The notes: generated from the sequence alone by a model not told the origin. Shown: positions 27,231 to 38,093, counted from the first letter of the stretch. The stretch: 64,000 bases of DNA from Geopsychrobacteraceae bacterium (GCA_963676795.2 CAXXTB010000002.1:2400001-2464000), one strand, 5' to 3'. Made by a program: numbers and translations.

Positions 27231-29183
27231 TCAGCTGTTCGCCCTGAGATATTCATCAACCGGCAGCAGCTGCCATTGATCCTCGCTCCTGAGCTCCAGC
27301 ACCAGATCATGATAGGCCAGGATACTTGGGCGGTGACCGACGCTGATATAGTGGATACCGAGTTCTTTGAGGCATTGGTAGAGACGCCCTTCGTTTTTCG
27401 TATCAAGGGCGCTGGTCGCCTCGTCAAGAACGGCAAAGCGCGGTCTGTTGATCAACAAGCGGGCAAAAGCCAACCGTTGCTGCTCGCCGAGCGAGAGCAG
27501 GTCCGCCCAGTCGAGCTCTGTGGCAAAACCGCCGACCCGTTCGACCAGGTCGGGCAGCTGGACCAGGCCAAGAACCTCCTGAAGCTGCTCCTCGCTGATA
27601 TTGTTCTCGACCCGCGGGTAGAGCAGCTGATCGCGCAGAGTACCGAGAATCATATAGGGCTTCTGGGGCAGGAAGAAGATCTCAGCGTGGGCCGGGGTGC
27701 TGATCCTCCCCTTGCCCTGCGTCCACAGCCCGGCAACAGCACGCAGCAGTGAACTTTTTCCGATCCCGCTCGGACCGACGATCAGCAGGTCCTGATCTGC
27801 GGGCAGATCCAGACTGAGATCGCGGACCAGGGTGCGACTCTGGTTCGGCGGCTGCAAAGTCAGCGCTTCAAGAGCAAAGTTCTCCCCTTCGTCCATCTGA
27901 ATCCCGGCGACAGGCTGTTCTTCCGCCTCCAGGGCCTGTGAGAAACCGGAGAGACGCTGCACCCCGGCGGCAAAGTTGGTGATATCTTCAATCTGTCCGA
28001 CAATCAGCGACAGCGCGCCATAGACCTGCATGAAGGCGAAGTTGGCCTGGACCATGTCGCCGTATTCGATCTGCCCCTTGAAATAGAGCGGAAAGAGAAC
28101 GACAAAAGGGAGCACCATCGGCAGATAGCTGTAGGCCGTGGTGAAAAACGACAGGTTCCGCTGCCAGCCGATCAGCAGACCAAAGTTGCCGATCACCTGC
28201 CTGAAACGCGAACGGATATTACCCAGCTCGGAGGTTTCCCCCTGGTAAAAGGCAATCGATTCGGCATTGTCGCGCACGTGGATCAGGGAATAACGGAAAT
28301 CGGCCTCGTAGCGCAGCTGGTTGAAGTTGAGCCTGACCAGTCGGCGGCTGATCAGCAGGGTGATCAGGGTGCCGATGACCGAATAGGCGAGAACCACGAT
28401 CACCAGCAAGACCGATTTCGACCAGAGAATCCCGGTGAAAGAGATCAAGTCCATCAGCGAACCGAGCAGGATCAGCAGAAAAGCCAGCGAGGTCCGGGTG
28501 AAGGTCCGGATATCCTCCATAATCCGCTGGTCAGGGTTGTCGATGTCGGAACGGTTTTCAATCTCGTAATAGCAACGGTTGCTGAAGTATTGAGTGACGA
28601 AGCTGTTGGTCATCCACTCCCGCCAGTGCATGCCGAGGTAATCACGGACATAGCCATAGAATGCAACGATCGGAATACCGATGAGAAAACCGCAGAAGTA
28701 GGTGATGACGAAGAAATAGGATGAACTTTCATCCTTGCTGACCAGGGCGTTGGTAAAGAAGTTGCCGATGTAGCTGAAGGCGACGTTGATCCCGGTGACC
28801 GACAGCGAGAGGAGCAGAACCACCGCCAGCAGCAGCCAGGCCCTGCCGTGGGAACGCAGCAAACGGCGCAGACCGAAAAAGACCAGCGCCGGACCGACAA
28901 GGGCGAAGATCGGGAAAACTATCGCCGCAGAATCGAAGGTGGAGCGGACGGTCTCCGTCAGGCCATGAGCCAGCCGCGCAGTCAGCGCCGGGGCCAGACT
29001 ATCGCTCACCAGGACCACGCCAGAGACGAGCAAAAACAGCAGACCGAACAGGAAGATCAGCATCAACAGCATCAGCAGCAGGGTCAGACGACCACCATAG
29101 CGATTGCGTTCAAAAAAATAGGGGTAAGCGATGGCGATAAAACGGCGCCACAAAAAACGGTCCCTGGGATCTTTGGCAGTCAT
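27231..29183 (-). CDS. Fused ABC permease/ATPase, YddA/ABCD (SbmA-BacA-like TM) family
   Basis: DNPDQRI, EADFRYSL, NAESIAFY, GPSGIGKSS, LSLGEQQRL, LDEATSALD. Confidence 0.92.
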   Translation of the reverse strand: MTAKDPRDRFLWRRFIAIAYPYFFERNRYGGRLTLLLMLLMLIFLFGLLFLLVSGVVLVSDSLAPALTARLAHGLTETVRSTFDSAAIVFPIFALVGPALVFFGLRRLLRSHGRAWLLLAVVLLLSLSVTGINVAFSYIGNFFTNALVSKDESSSYFFVITYFCGFLIGIPIVAFYGYVRDYLGMHWREWMTNSFVTQYFSNRCYYEIENRSDIDNPDQRIMEDIRTFTRTSLAFLLILLGSLMDLISFTGILWSKSVLLVIVVLAYSVIGTLITLLISRRLVRLNFNQLRYEADFRYSLIHVRDNAESIAFYQGETSELGNIRSRFRQVIGNFGLLIGWQRNLSFFTTAYSYLPMVLPFVVLFPLYFKGQIEYGDMVQANFAFMQVYGALSLIVGQIEDITNFAAGVQRLSGFSQALEAEEQPVAGIQMDEGENFALEALTLQPPNQSRTLVRDLSLDLPADQDLLIVGPSGIGKSSLLRAVAGLWTQGKGRISTPAHAEIFFLPQKPYMILGTLRDQLLYPRVENNISEEQLQEVLGLVQLPDLVERVGGFATELDWADLLSLGEQQRLAFARLLINRPRFAVLDEATSALDTKNEGRLYQCLKELGIHYISVGHRPSILAYHDLVLELRSEDQWQLLPVDEYLRANS

Positions 29184-29428
29184 GGCATACTCACAGCGGG
29201 TCAGATCGGTTGTTGGTCATGGTGGTCCACTATACTCCGTTCAGAGGAGATACAACAGCCTTTCAGGAACAGAAATCTTGCACTGCCAGAAAGAAGCGGC
29301 CTTGCAACGTCCCCTCCTTCCTGTTTAGCCACCGAAAAAATAGTTTTTCATAAGATGTGTTTTAAAAGTCGCAAAGCACCAGTCTTTTCAGTAATATATG
29401 ACCTTATCAGGACGAGACAGATGCCGTC

Positions 29429-30118
29429 ATGGCAGAATCCGGCCAGACAGGACAGACAGGACCTGGCGAAGCGCCAGGATATGTTCAGGTGCGCATCAGT
29501 GATGATGGCGTCGGCTTTTCCAAAGAAACCCTGGCACACGCCTTCACCCCCTTTTTCACCACCAAGAAGAAAACTATCGGCACGGGGCTGGGCCTGACCA
29601 TGGTCCACAACACCATCTCGCAGCACCAGGGACAGATTGTTATCGAATCGGAACAGAATCGAGGAACTGACGTCAGTATCTACCTGCCCATCCCGGAAGA
29701 AGCGGAGCAGCAACAAGAAGCGGCTCAGCAGTCGCCAGAGACTCCACGGTTCACATGCAGCATCCTGCTCGCGGATGACAACCCGGCGATCATCGAAACC
29801 CTCGGTTCTGGCCTCGAAAGTTTTGGTCACAGGATCATAACGGCTCAGAACGGGCAGGAACTGATCGAACAGTATCAGCAAGCAGCGGAGGAAATCGACC
29901 TGATCATTTCTGATCTTGAAATGCCGCTCATCTCCGGGGATGAAGCTTTCTACAAAATCAGAGAGATCAATCCCGAAGCGAAGTTCATAATGACATCCGG
30001 CTTTCTTGAGGATGAACGGGTCCAGAAAGCGCTGAAGGCGGGAGCTGCCGGGTTCATTCCCAAACCCTGCAAACTTGAGGTACTGCTGCAAAAAATAGAG
30101 TTCTGCCTGCAAGCATAG
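29429..30118 (+). pseudogene. Truncated hybrid kinase: C-terminal half of HATPase plus receiver
   Basis: Has G1 (DDGVG), F (FTPFFTTK) and G2 (GTGLGL) boxes and REC, but no H- or N-box. In-frame TGA at 29399. Confidence 0.6.
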
Positions 30119-30218
30119 GGTTAGTCAGTTGCATACATTAACCCGCCTCCGCGAGAGGGGGGAGCGAAGTGTCGGGTTGAGGGGAATGCCCAGAAAAGGC
30201 CTTTTCCCCCGCGAAGAT

Positions 30219-30803
30219 TTACTGGGCAGCCATCTCCAGGACTTTTTTCTCCATCAGGGCAAAGAGGCCGTCATAACCATCCCGCCGGATTATTTCGCTG
30301 TAGGTCGAGCTGTAATTTTTGATCAGGCTGACACCATCAATAACCAGATCAAAGACCTGCCAGCGGTCAGTTCCGTAGATCAGTCGGTACTGAACAGGAA
30401 TCTCGAGATCGTTGGATTTGATAACCGTATCGATAATCGCCTTGTCGTCCTTGACCCGCTTTTTGACAAACAGCACCGAACCGCTGGAATAATCATCGAC
30501 CTTGTTCAGGTAGGTCCCCTCCATCACTTTGACGAACAGACGTTCGAAATGTTGCCGCTGTTCTACGGACGCACTGTCCCAGTAGCTTCCGAGAGTCCGG
30601 CGCGACATCGACTCGATATCGAGAAAATCCTGAACCTGGGTACTGATCCGGGCTTTTTTGTCTGCCAGTGATATGTCCTTGTTTTTCAGGACCGCCAGAA
30701 CGGTATTGACAACTTTTTCTACTTCGACCTGAGGATCAGAAAGAGCGAAGGCTGCGGGAGAAATGAACAACAGCAGCACAAAGCCGAACAACAAACTTTT
30801 CAT
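30219..30803 (-). CDS. mlaC: Phospholipid-binding protein MlaC/Ttg2D
   Basis: MSRRTLG.YW, WQVFDLVIDGVSLIKNY, next to mlaA. Confidence 0.88.
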   Translation of the reverse strand: MKSLLFGFVLLLFISPAAFALSDPQVEVEKVVNTVLAVLKNKDISLADKKARISTQVQDFLDIESMSRRTLGSYWDSASVEQRQHFERLFVKVMEGTYLNKVDDYSSGSVLFVKKRVKDDKAIIDTVIKSNDLEIPVQYRLIYGTDRWQVFDLVIDGVSLIKNYSSTYSEIIRRDGYDGLFALMEKKVLEMAAQ

Positions 30804-30804
30804 C

Positions 30805-31704
30805 CTAATGAACTCCAAACCAGTCAAGTGGATTTAACCAGTCTCCGTCAAACAACGGACCACTGAAAATATTCAGATTGTAGCCATTCTTGCCGACCTG
30901 GGCGAGGCGTCTCTGGGCGTACGCCGAACGGATAAACAGGTACGGATCGAGGGAATCCCTGACAATCCCTTCGTAGGTATCCTGATCGAGAGAAAGACGG
31001 TTTTCGACATCCAGGGTCTTGATTCCGACATACTCAAAAGACTCAAGATCGGAATAACGCAGAGGATCGGCATATGAATCGACAAAGCTGCCGGTAGCAT
31101 CACGCAGGCTGGATGGCCCGACGATCGGCAGAACCAGGTAAAAACCGTGGCCAAAACCGTAAAAGCCGAGGGTCTGACCAAAATCTTCAATTGTCGGCTT
31201 GACCCCGGCATAAGAGTCGGCCACATCAAACAGGCCAGCGACACCAAAGGTCGAGTTGATCACAAAGCGATAGACTTCCGTGCCAAAATCACGAAATTTA
31301 AACTGCAGCAGACAGTTGCCGATTCGAACTGGTGATCCCAGATTGAAAAAGAAATTCTTCACCGAAACCCGGGCTGGTCTTGGCACGACCCGGAAGCCTC
31401 TGGCAACGGGCTTGATCGCGTAAAAGTAAAGCTTGTCATTGACCCAGAAAACACCGCGGTTGAACGGCTCCAGCGGGTCGGCGATCAAAGCCTCCTGATG
31501 ATAGACGTCCCGCTCCGAATCCGGCTCACTAAAGGCACTTTCAAAATCGTCCCAGTCATCTTCCTGGGCACGACTGACCAGGACGACTTCCTCACCCCGA
31601 CCCGCTTCAGCAGCTGCCGCCGGCAAAGGGGCCGCCTGCAGTAAAAACAGCAGACACAGCACTACAGAAAGACAGAACATCATTATTTTTTTCATGCCAC
31701 TCAT
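30805..31704 (-). CDS. mlaA: VacJ/MlaA family protein
   Basis: DPLEPFNRG, RFVINSTFGVAGLFDVA, EDFGQTLG, GPSSLRD. Confidence 0.92.
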   Translation of the reverse strand: MSGMKKIMMFCLSVVLCLLFLLQAAPLPAAAAEAGRGEEVVLVSRAQEDDWDDFESAFSEPDSERDVYHQEALIADPLEPFNRGVFWVNDKLYFYAIKPVARGFRVVPRPARVSVKNFFFNLGSPVRIGNCLLQFKFRDFGTEVYRFVINSTFGVAGLFDVADSYAGVKPTIEDFGQTLGFYGFGHGFYLVLPIVGPSSLRDATGSFVDSYADPLRYSDLESFEYVGIKTLDVENRLSLDQDTYEGIVRDSLDPYLFIRSAYAQRRLAQVGKNGYNLNIFSGPLFDGDWLNPLDWFGVH

Positions 31705-32315
31705 CTCTTCTCTGTCATTATCAGAAAGGGAGCCTGCGATCTGTTGCAGATACGTATCTGTACAACCTGAAAGCTCTGCGGATCAAGCTCTGAAAAAAAA
31801 CGACTGACTTCTGCAGCCTCTTTGTCCCCCCCTGCGTGAGCAGGATAGACGACAATCGCCATCCGCCCTCCGCTGGTCAGCGCCGCACAGCAGGACGACA
31901 ATGCCCTGAGCGTCGTTTCCGGCCGGGTGATCAGGTTCTGATCGCCGCCGGGCAGATAACCCAGATTGGCGATGATAGCGGCAGGGGCCCCCGGCAGCAG
32001 AGCAGCGATCTCGGCATGATCGATCTGAACCAGATCGATACCCGCTTGTGCCGGCAGCGCACCTCCCCCCAGATGGCGCCGGCAGCTCAATCCGGCGTCA
32101 GCAAGACGAGCCTCCGTCGCATCCAGTGCCTGGCGCTGGATATCGCAGGCGACAACCTGCCCGCTAAGACCTCCCATCCGGCTCAGGGCAAGGGTATCGT
32201 GCCCGTTTCCGGCCGTCAGGTCGACGAGCAGGTCGCCTTCAGTGACGACCTCAGAGAGCAACCGGTGCCCCCAGTGGATCACATTGGCCAGATTCAGATC
32301 AGCTTTTCGCGACAT
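31701..32315 (-). CDS. Class I SAM-dependent methyltransferase, YtqB/MnmM-like
   Basis: VDLTAGNGHDTLAL and NLGYLPGGD. Confidence 0.85.
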   Translation of the reverse strand: MSRKADLNLANVIHWGHRLLSEVVTEGDLLVDLTAGNGHDTLALSRMGGLSGQVVACDIQRQALDATEARLADAGLSCRRHLGGGALPAQAGIDLVQIDHAEIAALLPGAPAAIIANLGYLPGGDQNLITRPETTLRALSSCCAALTSGGRMAIVVYPAHAGGDKEAAEVSRFFSELDPQSFQVVQIRICNRSQAPFLIMTEKR

Positions 32316-32739
32316 CCAGTTTTGCCTCAATCAGTTGACGGTGGGACAGGCCGATCAGGGCACCAAGCTGGCGCATAAGCGCCTCCTCAAAATGATCGAG
32401 GCGACCGTCGGCGTAGACCAATTGCCAGACAGCCCTGATGATCCGCTCTTTTTCCGGCTGCGAAAACGACCTGTTGATATCCCGGGTAAACTGATGCAGA
32501 TCGGAACTCTGCTGACGTCTCTGCTCGGCCAGAATCAGCAATTCATTGACAGAATCTTCGGAAACCTGAAAGTGCTGCTGCAACAGTTGGCCGATCAATT
32601 CACTTTCGTTATCATGAAACTCACCATCGCTGTGAGCCACTTCCAGCAGCAACACGGCGGCGGCCAGCGGAATCCGTTCAAAATCCCGGGTGCTGTCGTC
32701 CGCCCCCGGCGCAAAGACCTGTATTAATCTCTTCAACAT
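32299..32739 (-). CDS. TerB family protein
   Basis: AAVLLLEVAHSDGEF...VYADGRLDHFEE. Confidence 0.88.
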   Translation of the reverse strand: MLKRLIQVFAPGADDSTRDFERIPLAAAVLLLEVAHSDGEFHDNESELIGQLLQQHFQVSEDSVNELLILAEQRRQQSSDLHQFTRDINRSFSQPEKERIIRAVWQLVYADGRLDHFEEALMRQLGALIGLSHRQLIEAKLDVAKS

Positions 32740-32925
32740 GGAAATTCCTGTTTTTCTGTAAACCTCTGCCTGAGAAACATTATCTTCGACAATTTAGCAG
32801 AGATTCTATCACGACTGAACCCATTCATTAAAATTGTCATGAACCTGGCTCCATCCAGGCAAACATCAGCCCGATCAAACACGCAGAAAAATACACCGGA
32901 CCCGGCGGTTCTCAGACCAAGAAGA

Positions 32926-32954
32926 TTGACAAACCCCCCAAGATTCCGTAGCTT
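32926..32954 (+). promoter_or_regulatory. Sigma70-type promoter for bamD
   Basis: TTGACA-N17-TAGCTT. Confidence 0.5.
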
Positions 32955-32992
32955 CTTGTGACGATAACTGAATTGATGGCAAAGGGAAATCC

Positions 32993-33736
32993 ATGACCAA
33001 ATTTTTTCGGGCTGTTTTTTTTCTATCTTTCATTCTGCTGCTGGCAGCATGTGGCACCAAGGTCAAGCCGCAGCCGACAGCGGAAGAACAGTTACAACAG
33101 GCGGAACGCTACACCGACGCAGGTCTTTACGATCAGGCCATCACAGCCTGGGAAGGCGTCCGTGACACCTTCTACTCTCCAGACCTGAGCATGCTGGCCG
33201 AAATCAAGATTGCCGACATCTACTACACCGATAAACGTTACGATGAAGCCGCAGTCGCTTACGAAGCCTTCATCAAGCAGTATCCCCAGGATTTCCGTAT
33301 TGCCGAACTGCTCTACAAGCAGGGCATGAGCTACTACAACCAGATCCTTTCCGCCGACCGTGATCAGACCAGCACCGAAAACGCGCTCAAATCCTTCGAG
33401 CGGATGAACCGGGAGTTTCCGGCCAATCCACATAGTCAGGAAGCGGAAAACCTGATGCTGCGCTGCCGGACAAGACTGGCTGATCACGAAGTATACGTCG
33501 GCTGGTTCTATCTGCGAACCAAAAAATATCAGCCGGCCATCAAGCGTCTGGAAGCGGCGCTGAACGGCTTTCCGGACTACTATTACCGCAACGAGGCCTA
33601 CTACTACCTGATCAAGGCCTACATTGCGACCGATGATCTTGACAAGGCGCTGGAAACCTACCAGAAACTCGCCGATCAGTATCCGCACAGTGATGAAACC
33701 CTGAGCGCCAGAAAATTGCTCGACAACCTTTCCTGA
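32993..33736 (+). CDS. bamD: Outer membrane protein assembly factor BamD
   Basis: Lipobox LAAC, TPRs, DRDQ, LADHEVYVGWFY. Confidence 0.92.
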   Translation: MTKFFRAVFFLSFILLLAACGTKVKPQPTAEEQLQQAERYTDAGLYDQAITAWEGVRDTFYSPDLSMLAEIKIADIYYTDKRYDEAAVAYEAFIKQYPQDFRIAELLYKQGMSYYNQILSADRDQTSTENALKSFERMNREFPANPHSQEAENLMLRCRTRLADHEVYVGWFYLRTKKYQPAIKRLEAALNGFPDYYYRNEAYYYLIKAYIATDDLDKALETYQKLADQYPHSDETLSARKLLDNLS

Positions 33737-33764
33737 GAAAGGAATAGCCTCTGGGCAAGATAAT

Positions 33765-33806
33765 AAAAAGAAGGTCCTGCCGATTAAACGGCAGGACCTT
33801 CTTTTT
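33765..33806. terminator. Bidirectional intrinsic terminator
   Basis: AAAAAGAAGGTCCTGCCG-N6-CGGCAGGACCTTCTTTTT between convergent bamD and mshQ. Confidence 0.9.
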
Positions 33807-33810
33807 CGTT

Positions 33811-36800
33811 TTACCAGAGCGATTCGCGCATGTAGATCAGTTTTTCATTCCCTTTGTAAATACCGAAACTCGCCCGAGCCGTCGGATCTGTGCCATCCTT
33901 CTGGCGCAACCAGTGGTAAGCACTCAGGTCATACTGCAGTTTGACGCTCCCCTCGTGAGAAGCCAGCGGTGCCGACAGGCTGATCGCCTGGGAGCGGCCC
34001 AAAGACAGGGCTCCGCCGCCGCCAGGGGTTGTATCGCCCGCAACCAGGGTGCCGGCATAGTCAGAAAGGATCAGATTTGCACTCGAGACGGCGGTGCTGC
34101 TGTCGGCGATATTCTGAACAAAGGCGCTGCCGTTGAAATATTCGACCAGAACCGGGATGGTCAGATCCATGGTTTCCGGCCCATAGGCGTTCTGCACCAA
34201 CAGCTGCCCGTAACGCTGCTCGGTCCCGCTAATGGCGGAAATGCTATAGGCATCACAGGTTCCGTCGGGTTCCGCATCGTAACAAACCGCGTCGGAATCG
34301 GTCAGATCAGCGGTCGCTAGAGTCAGATCGATATTGGTGCTCAGCGGTCCTTCGGCAACTGCTGTCTTCACATAGCTCAGATATTCCCCGGTTAGCGACA
34401 CCTGACCTACTCCGTCATAGTCCCCGGTCCCGCTCCAGCTGACGGCACCGGATGTCGTGACCGCAAGCCCACCGAGAGATCCGCTATTGTCCTGATAGCT
34501 GCGCTGGGTCAGCGCTGAATTGAGGTGCCAGAAGTCTACGCCGTAGTTGCTTGTGATCCCACCGCTACGGTTGCGCGCAGTCAGGGTCCAACGCGGTGGC
34601 ACCAGGTAGCTAAACGGCTGCCCCAGATAAGTAAAGCTGCCGTTGGCATCAGCAAAGCTCGGGCCGTTATCGGCAAGCGAGAAATAGGCCGGGATGAAAC
34701 GGCCGACATTTTCGCTGGTATTGCCTGTCACATTGCCGCTGCCCAGGTAGTTGCCGTCTGCCACCTGCGGGGACAGAGTGATGATGCCAACCTCTCCCCA
34801 GCTGAACTGGCCACAGGCGTAACCTGCGCGAATGGTGCCGGCACAATCGCTGCCAAAGGCATTGAAACTACCGGCGATGCCTGGGTTGCTCTGACCGGCA
34901 GGAGCAACCAGGATTGCACTCAGACCAACGCTTTCAGGCGTCACCTCGCGCCCATAATTCGGAGCAGCATCCCCGTTGGCATTGCGGGCAGCGACCTCGA
35001 CATCAAAGTTATCCCCGGCACGGGTCAGCACCCCGCCAAGAGCATCTGTCGCCACCGGACTGGGGTTCGCGGGAATGGTCAGGTCAAAATGATCCGGCCG
35101 GGTGATGAAACTGTCATTGCCGGTCATCACCAGCCCGTCATCTCCGTTTGCCACAGAGCCGGCATAACTGGCCGTCAGGGTGATCTGGCCCACGTCTACA
35201 TAGCTCACATCGAGCGCCGCCTCACCATTTGCGTCGAAGCCGAGGGCAAGGCCGGTCCCGCCACTGGCTATAGAATTGCTGTTTACACTGACCGGCAGAG
35301 TCCCACTGGTCGGGTTATCGTAAGAGGACGAAAATGTCAGGTTGCGGGTCACTCCAGAAAAACCGGGGACGCACTGCTGGGTCGTGACATCGGTTCGCAC
35401 TGCAGAGAGCGTCACCGACTGAGATGTCGCGGCGACGTGGTCGGGAACATCGAAGATAAATCCGGAGTCATAGAATTCCATGGAACAATCGGCCTGCTCC
35501 GTAGCCCCGATAAAACAGCGTGGACTATCATCAGCGACAAAGTCACTGCTACTGCCGACAATATTGAAACTGACAGTACCAGGTGTCATCGAACGAAGAT
35601 AGGCGTTGTTGCTGAGATCACTCAGGAAAGCCTGAGTCGAACTCCAGCCGCTACTGGTTGTCAATACGGCTGAGGCCTGACCGGCGTAGGTCACAGTACA
35701 GTCAGCATCCATGCAGGCCTGAACGCTGACATATTCCGGGCTGCAGGTCAGCCCCGAACCGTCGTGATAGATCCGGTAATGATCGATCGTATTGTAACTG
35801 CCCATATAGGTCGCACAGACCTGCAGGTTGTCAATCTCGTGAATGTTCCTTGAACCGCCGGTCGAACCGGTCATCGAGAACAGCCAATTGGTTGGTACCG
35901 CAGCTTGGTTGGTTTGTGCCATGGCATCGTAAGGACCGACGATCGTCTGATAGCCGCTGCCGTCATTGATATCTCGATCTATTGTGACCCAGGCATGGCT
36001 ATTATCAGTATGATCGACGGTCACCCGGTAACGATGACCATAGGCGGCCGTTGTACTCCCTGAATTATCGATGCCGACCCCCGTTGCGACTCTTAAATCA
36101 CCACTGTTCCCATGCAGGAGATAACCGATCATTCCCGCCCCGGAACCACGAACCGTTACCGAATCAAGAACTCGAGCTGTAGGAGCACCCCCGTCACCAC
36201 GCCCTTCGTTATCATTGGCGAAGTTACCGTACTCATCGATGGCCATCCCCAGCCAGCCCCCCGTAAACCCGCTCTGCCCGGAACGCTGAGCGTAGCCCAG
36301 AGAGCCACCATAACCACCCGGCACCGGTGTTATCGAGGCGTCGGACAACACGACAGTCATACCGTCGGCACCTGAACCGTTGTAGGCATACTGATCGAAC
36401 TCATAGACGATTTTGTTTCCGGCACCGGGAAACAGCCGTAACAGCGATGCGACAGTGGCGACATAGGTTGAGGAATCAGTCAGGCGCAAGCGATTGTTGA
36501 CAATGCGCGGAACCCCAAAACTTCCGTAGCGGCTCGACACAGCCCAGTCACTGCCCAGATCGGTCCGGTTGAAGTCATCGTTGAAGCAGGTCAATTGACA
36601 GCTGTGAGTTTCCGTTCGTAACACATCGATGTCAGCAGCAGTCAGAGCACCGGAATGCACTCTGACCTCATCAATATTCCCTTCAAAATGATAGCCGGAC
36701 TCTCCGGACGCATCATTCTCTCCGCCAATCGAGGCATCTCCACTGTCGCTCCCCCATGATCCCGTATAGGTTCCTGTCGTTGCCGCCAGCTGAGTCCCGG

Positions 36801-37698
36801 ACTGATCATAGACGTAAATTGTTTTGCGCCGGTTGGTGATATCGGCGACAGCGGCAACAAAGTACCACTGGTCATTCTGAACAACAGCAGGTGTATCCAG
36901 GTAAACGGGAGATGTACTGCGGGAATACAACCTGACGCGCCCGGTACCGCCATCGGCAAGGCTGAAACCGAAGCCTTGCGAATTGTTCGGGTCATCGATC
37001 AAGATCCGTTGATGAGGCCGGGTATTATCCTGGGTGCGGATCCAGGCCGTGACGGTGAAATCGTTCGTCAGGTCCGGATAGCCTGTAGGTAGCGCGACAT
37101 AATCATCTACACCATCAAAGACCCCGTAACCACAGGTCCCGACGGCTCCCGGAATCGCAGGAGAAGCTGAGGCCGTGGTCGCGCCATCATGTGCTGTTGC
37201 ATGAAAGTTATTACCACCACTGTCATAGATCTCTTCCGCAGTTCCATCCCATGAAGTCTCATCAAAGTGATAGCTGTTCTGAAAATTGTTTGTCACAACA
37301 TCAAGTTGTCTCACATATGGGGCACTGGCCCCAGAACCACAGTGATTGTCGTCATAAACGATAAATTCAAGAGTATGGGTTCCGGTTGAGCTTGGGGCGC
37401 TGACAGAGAATGAATCGCTGTAACTGCCAGCCGCATTATAATTCGCAGTATTCACACAGGTTGCAGTAGCTCCGTCAAGGCTCCAGCTTGTCGTTCTCCA
37501 GCGATGGTCACTACCATCTGTCGTGACAAAAATTTCAGTTGTTATAGACGATGAGACCTCAGCTGTGACGGTACCGGACGTCGATCCGCTCAGGGAAACG
37601 GATGTAATGGTTCTGGCCGCTTCAGCGACCGAGGCGAACCAGAACAAAGGCAAAATGATCAAAACAGTTATCCATAATCTACGACGTCTCAATTTCAT
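33811..37698 (-). CDS. mshQ: MshQ-like large adhesin with LamG and lectin-like domains
   Basis: Signal peptide, LamG (FDGVDDYV...QWYFVA...FEGNIDEVR), lectin-like TGSTGG..NIHEID, C-terminal ASFGIYKGNEKLIYMRE, last gene of the msh operon. Confidence 0.85.
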   Translation of the reverse strand: MKLRRRRLWITVLIILPLFWFASVAEAARTITSVSLSGSTSGTVTAEVSSSITTEIFVTTDGSDHRWRTTSWSLDGATATCVNTANYNAAGSYSDSFSVSAPSSTGTHTLEFIVYDDNHCGSGASAPYVRQLDVVTNNFQNSYHFDETSWDGTAEEIYDSGGNNFHATAHDGATTASASPAIPGAVGTCGYGVFDGVDDYVALPTGYPDLTNDFTVTAWIRTQDNTRPHQRILIDDPNNSQGFGFSLADGGTGRVRLYSRSTSPVYLDTPAVVQNDQWYFVAAVADITNRRKTIYVYDQSGTQLAATTGTYTGSWGSDSGDASIGGENDASGESGYHFEGNIDEVRVHSGALTAADIDVLRTETHSCQLTCFNDDFNRTDLGSDWAVSSRYGSFGVPRIVNNRLRLTDSSTYVATVASLLRLFPGAGNKIVYEFDQYAYNGSGADGMTVVLSDASITPVPGGYGGSLGYAQRSGQSGFTGGWLGMAIDEYGNFANDNEGRGDGGAPTARVLDSVTVRGSGAGMIGYLLHGNSGDLRVATGVGIDNSGSTTAAYGHRYRVTVDHTDNSHAWVTIDRDINDGSGYQTIVGPYDAMAQTNQAAVPTNWLFSMTGSTGGSRNIHEIDNLQVCATYMGSYNTIDHYRIYHDGSGLTCSPEYVSVQACMDADCTVTYAGQASAVLTTSSGWSSTQAFLSDLSNNAYLRSMTPGTVSFNIVGSSSDFVADDSPRCFIGATEQADCSMEFYDSGFIFDVPDHVAATSQSVTLSAVRTDVTTQQCVPGFSGVTRNLTFSSSYDNPTSGTLPVSVNSNSIASGGTGLALGFDANGEAALDVSYVDVGQITLTASYAGSVANGDDGLVMTGNDSFITRPDHFDLTIPANPSPVATDALGGVLTRAGDNFDVEVAARNANGDAAPNYGREVTPESVGLSAILVAPAGQSNPGIAGSFNAFGSDCAGTIRAGYACGQFSWGEVGIITLSPQVADGNYLGSGNVTGNTSENVGRFIPAYFSLADNGPSFADANGSFTYLGQPFSYLVPPRWTLTARNRSGGITSNYGVDFWHLNSALTQRSYQDNSGSLGGLAVTTSGAVSWSGTGDYDGVGQVSLTGEYLSYVKTAVAEGPLSTNIDLTLATADLTDSDAVCYDAEPDGTCDAYSISAISGTEQRYGQLLVQNAYGPETMDLTIPVLVEYFNGSAFVQNIADSSTAVSSANLILSDYAGTLVAGDTTPGGGGALSLGRSQAISLSAPLASHEGSVKLQYDLSAYHWLRQKDGTDPTARASFGIYKGNEKLIYMRESLW

Positions 37699-38093
37699 GG
37701 AAACCCAACCCTTATTTCTGCTGTCCTGGATATGTAATCGACGGATCCAACGGCTCCATAGACTGCTGTGGCACTAATCCGATAGATGTTGTACGGCCCT
37801 GTCGCTCCTTCCGTGAAGGATTGACTCGTACAGCTCACCGCGACCGCAAAGTCGTCAACAGTAAAACTGCCGTTGCAGTCATTGCCGGCAGCAGCTCGCG
37901 CTGCCCCCCAGTCGAGCCCGCTGCGGGCGGCCTGATAGGCGCGCGCCTGCTGGACGGCCATAACCGACGTTGCACTCTGCACCCCGATCAGGCGCATCAT
38001 GGCGAGCCCCAGCAGGCTGAGTACGACCACGGCAAAGATGGCCTGAACCAGGGTAAACCCGGCCTGATTATGATAGCGGACTAGACCTTTCAT
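37695..38093 (-). CDS. mshP: MSHA minor pilin-like MshP
   Basis: QAGFTLVQAIF, ARAYQAARSGLDWG. Confidence 0.82.
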   Translation of the reverse strand: MKGLVRYHNQAGFTLVQAIFAVVVLSLLGLAMMRLIGVQSATSVMAVQQARAYQAARSGLDWGAARAAAGNDCNGSFTVDDFAVAVSCTSQSFTEGATGPYNIYRISATAVYGAVGSVDYISRTAEIRVGFP

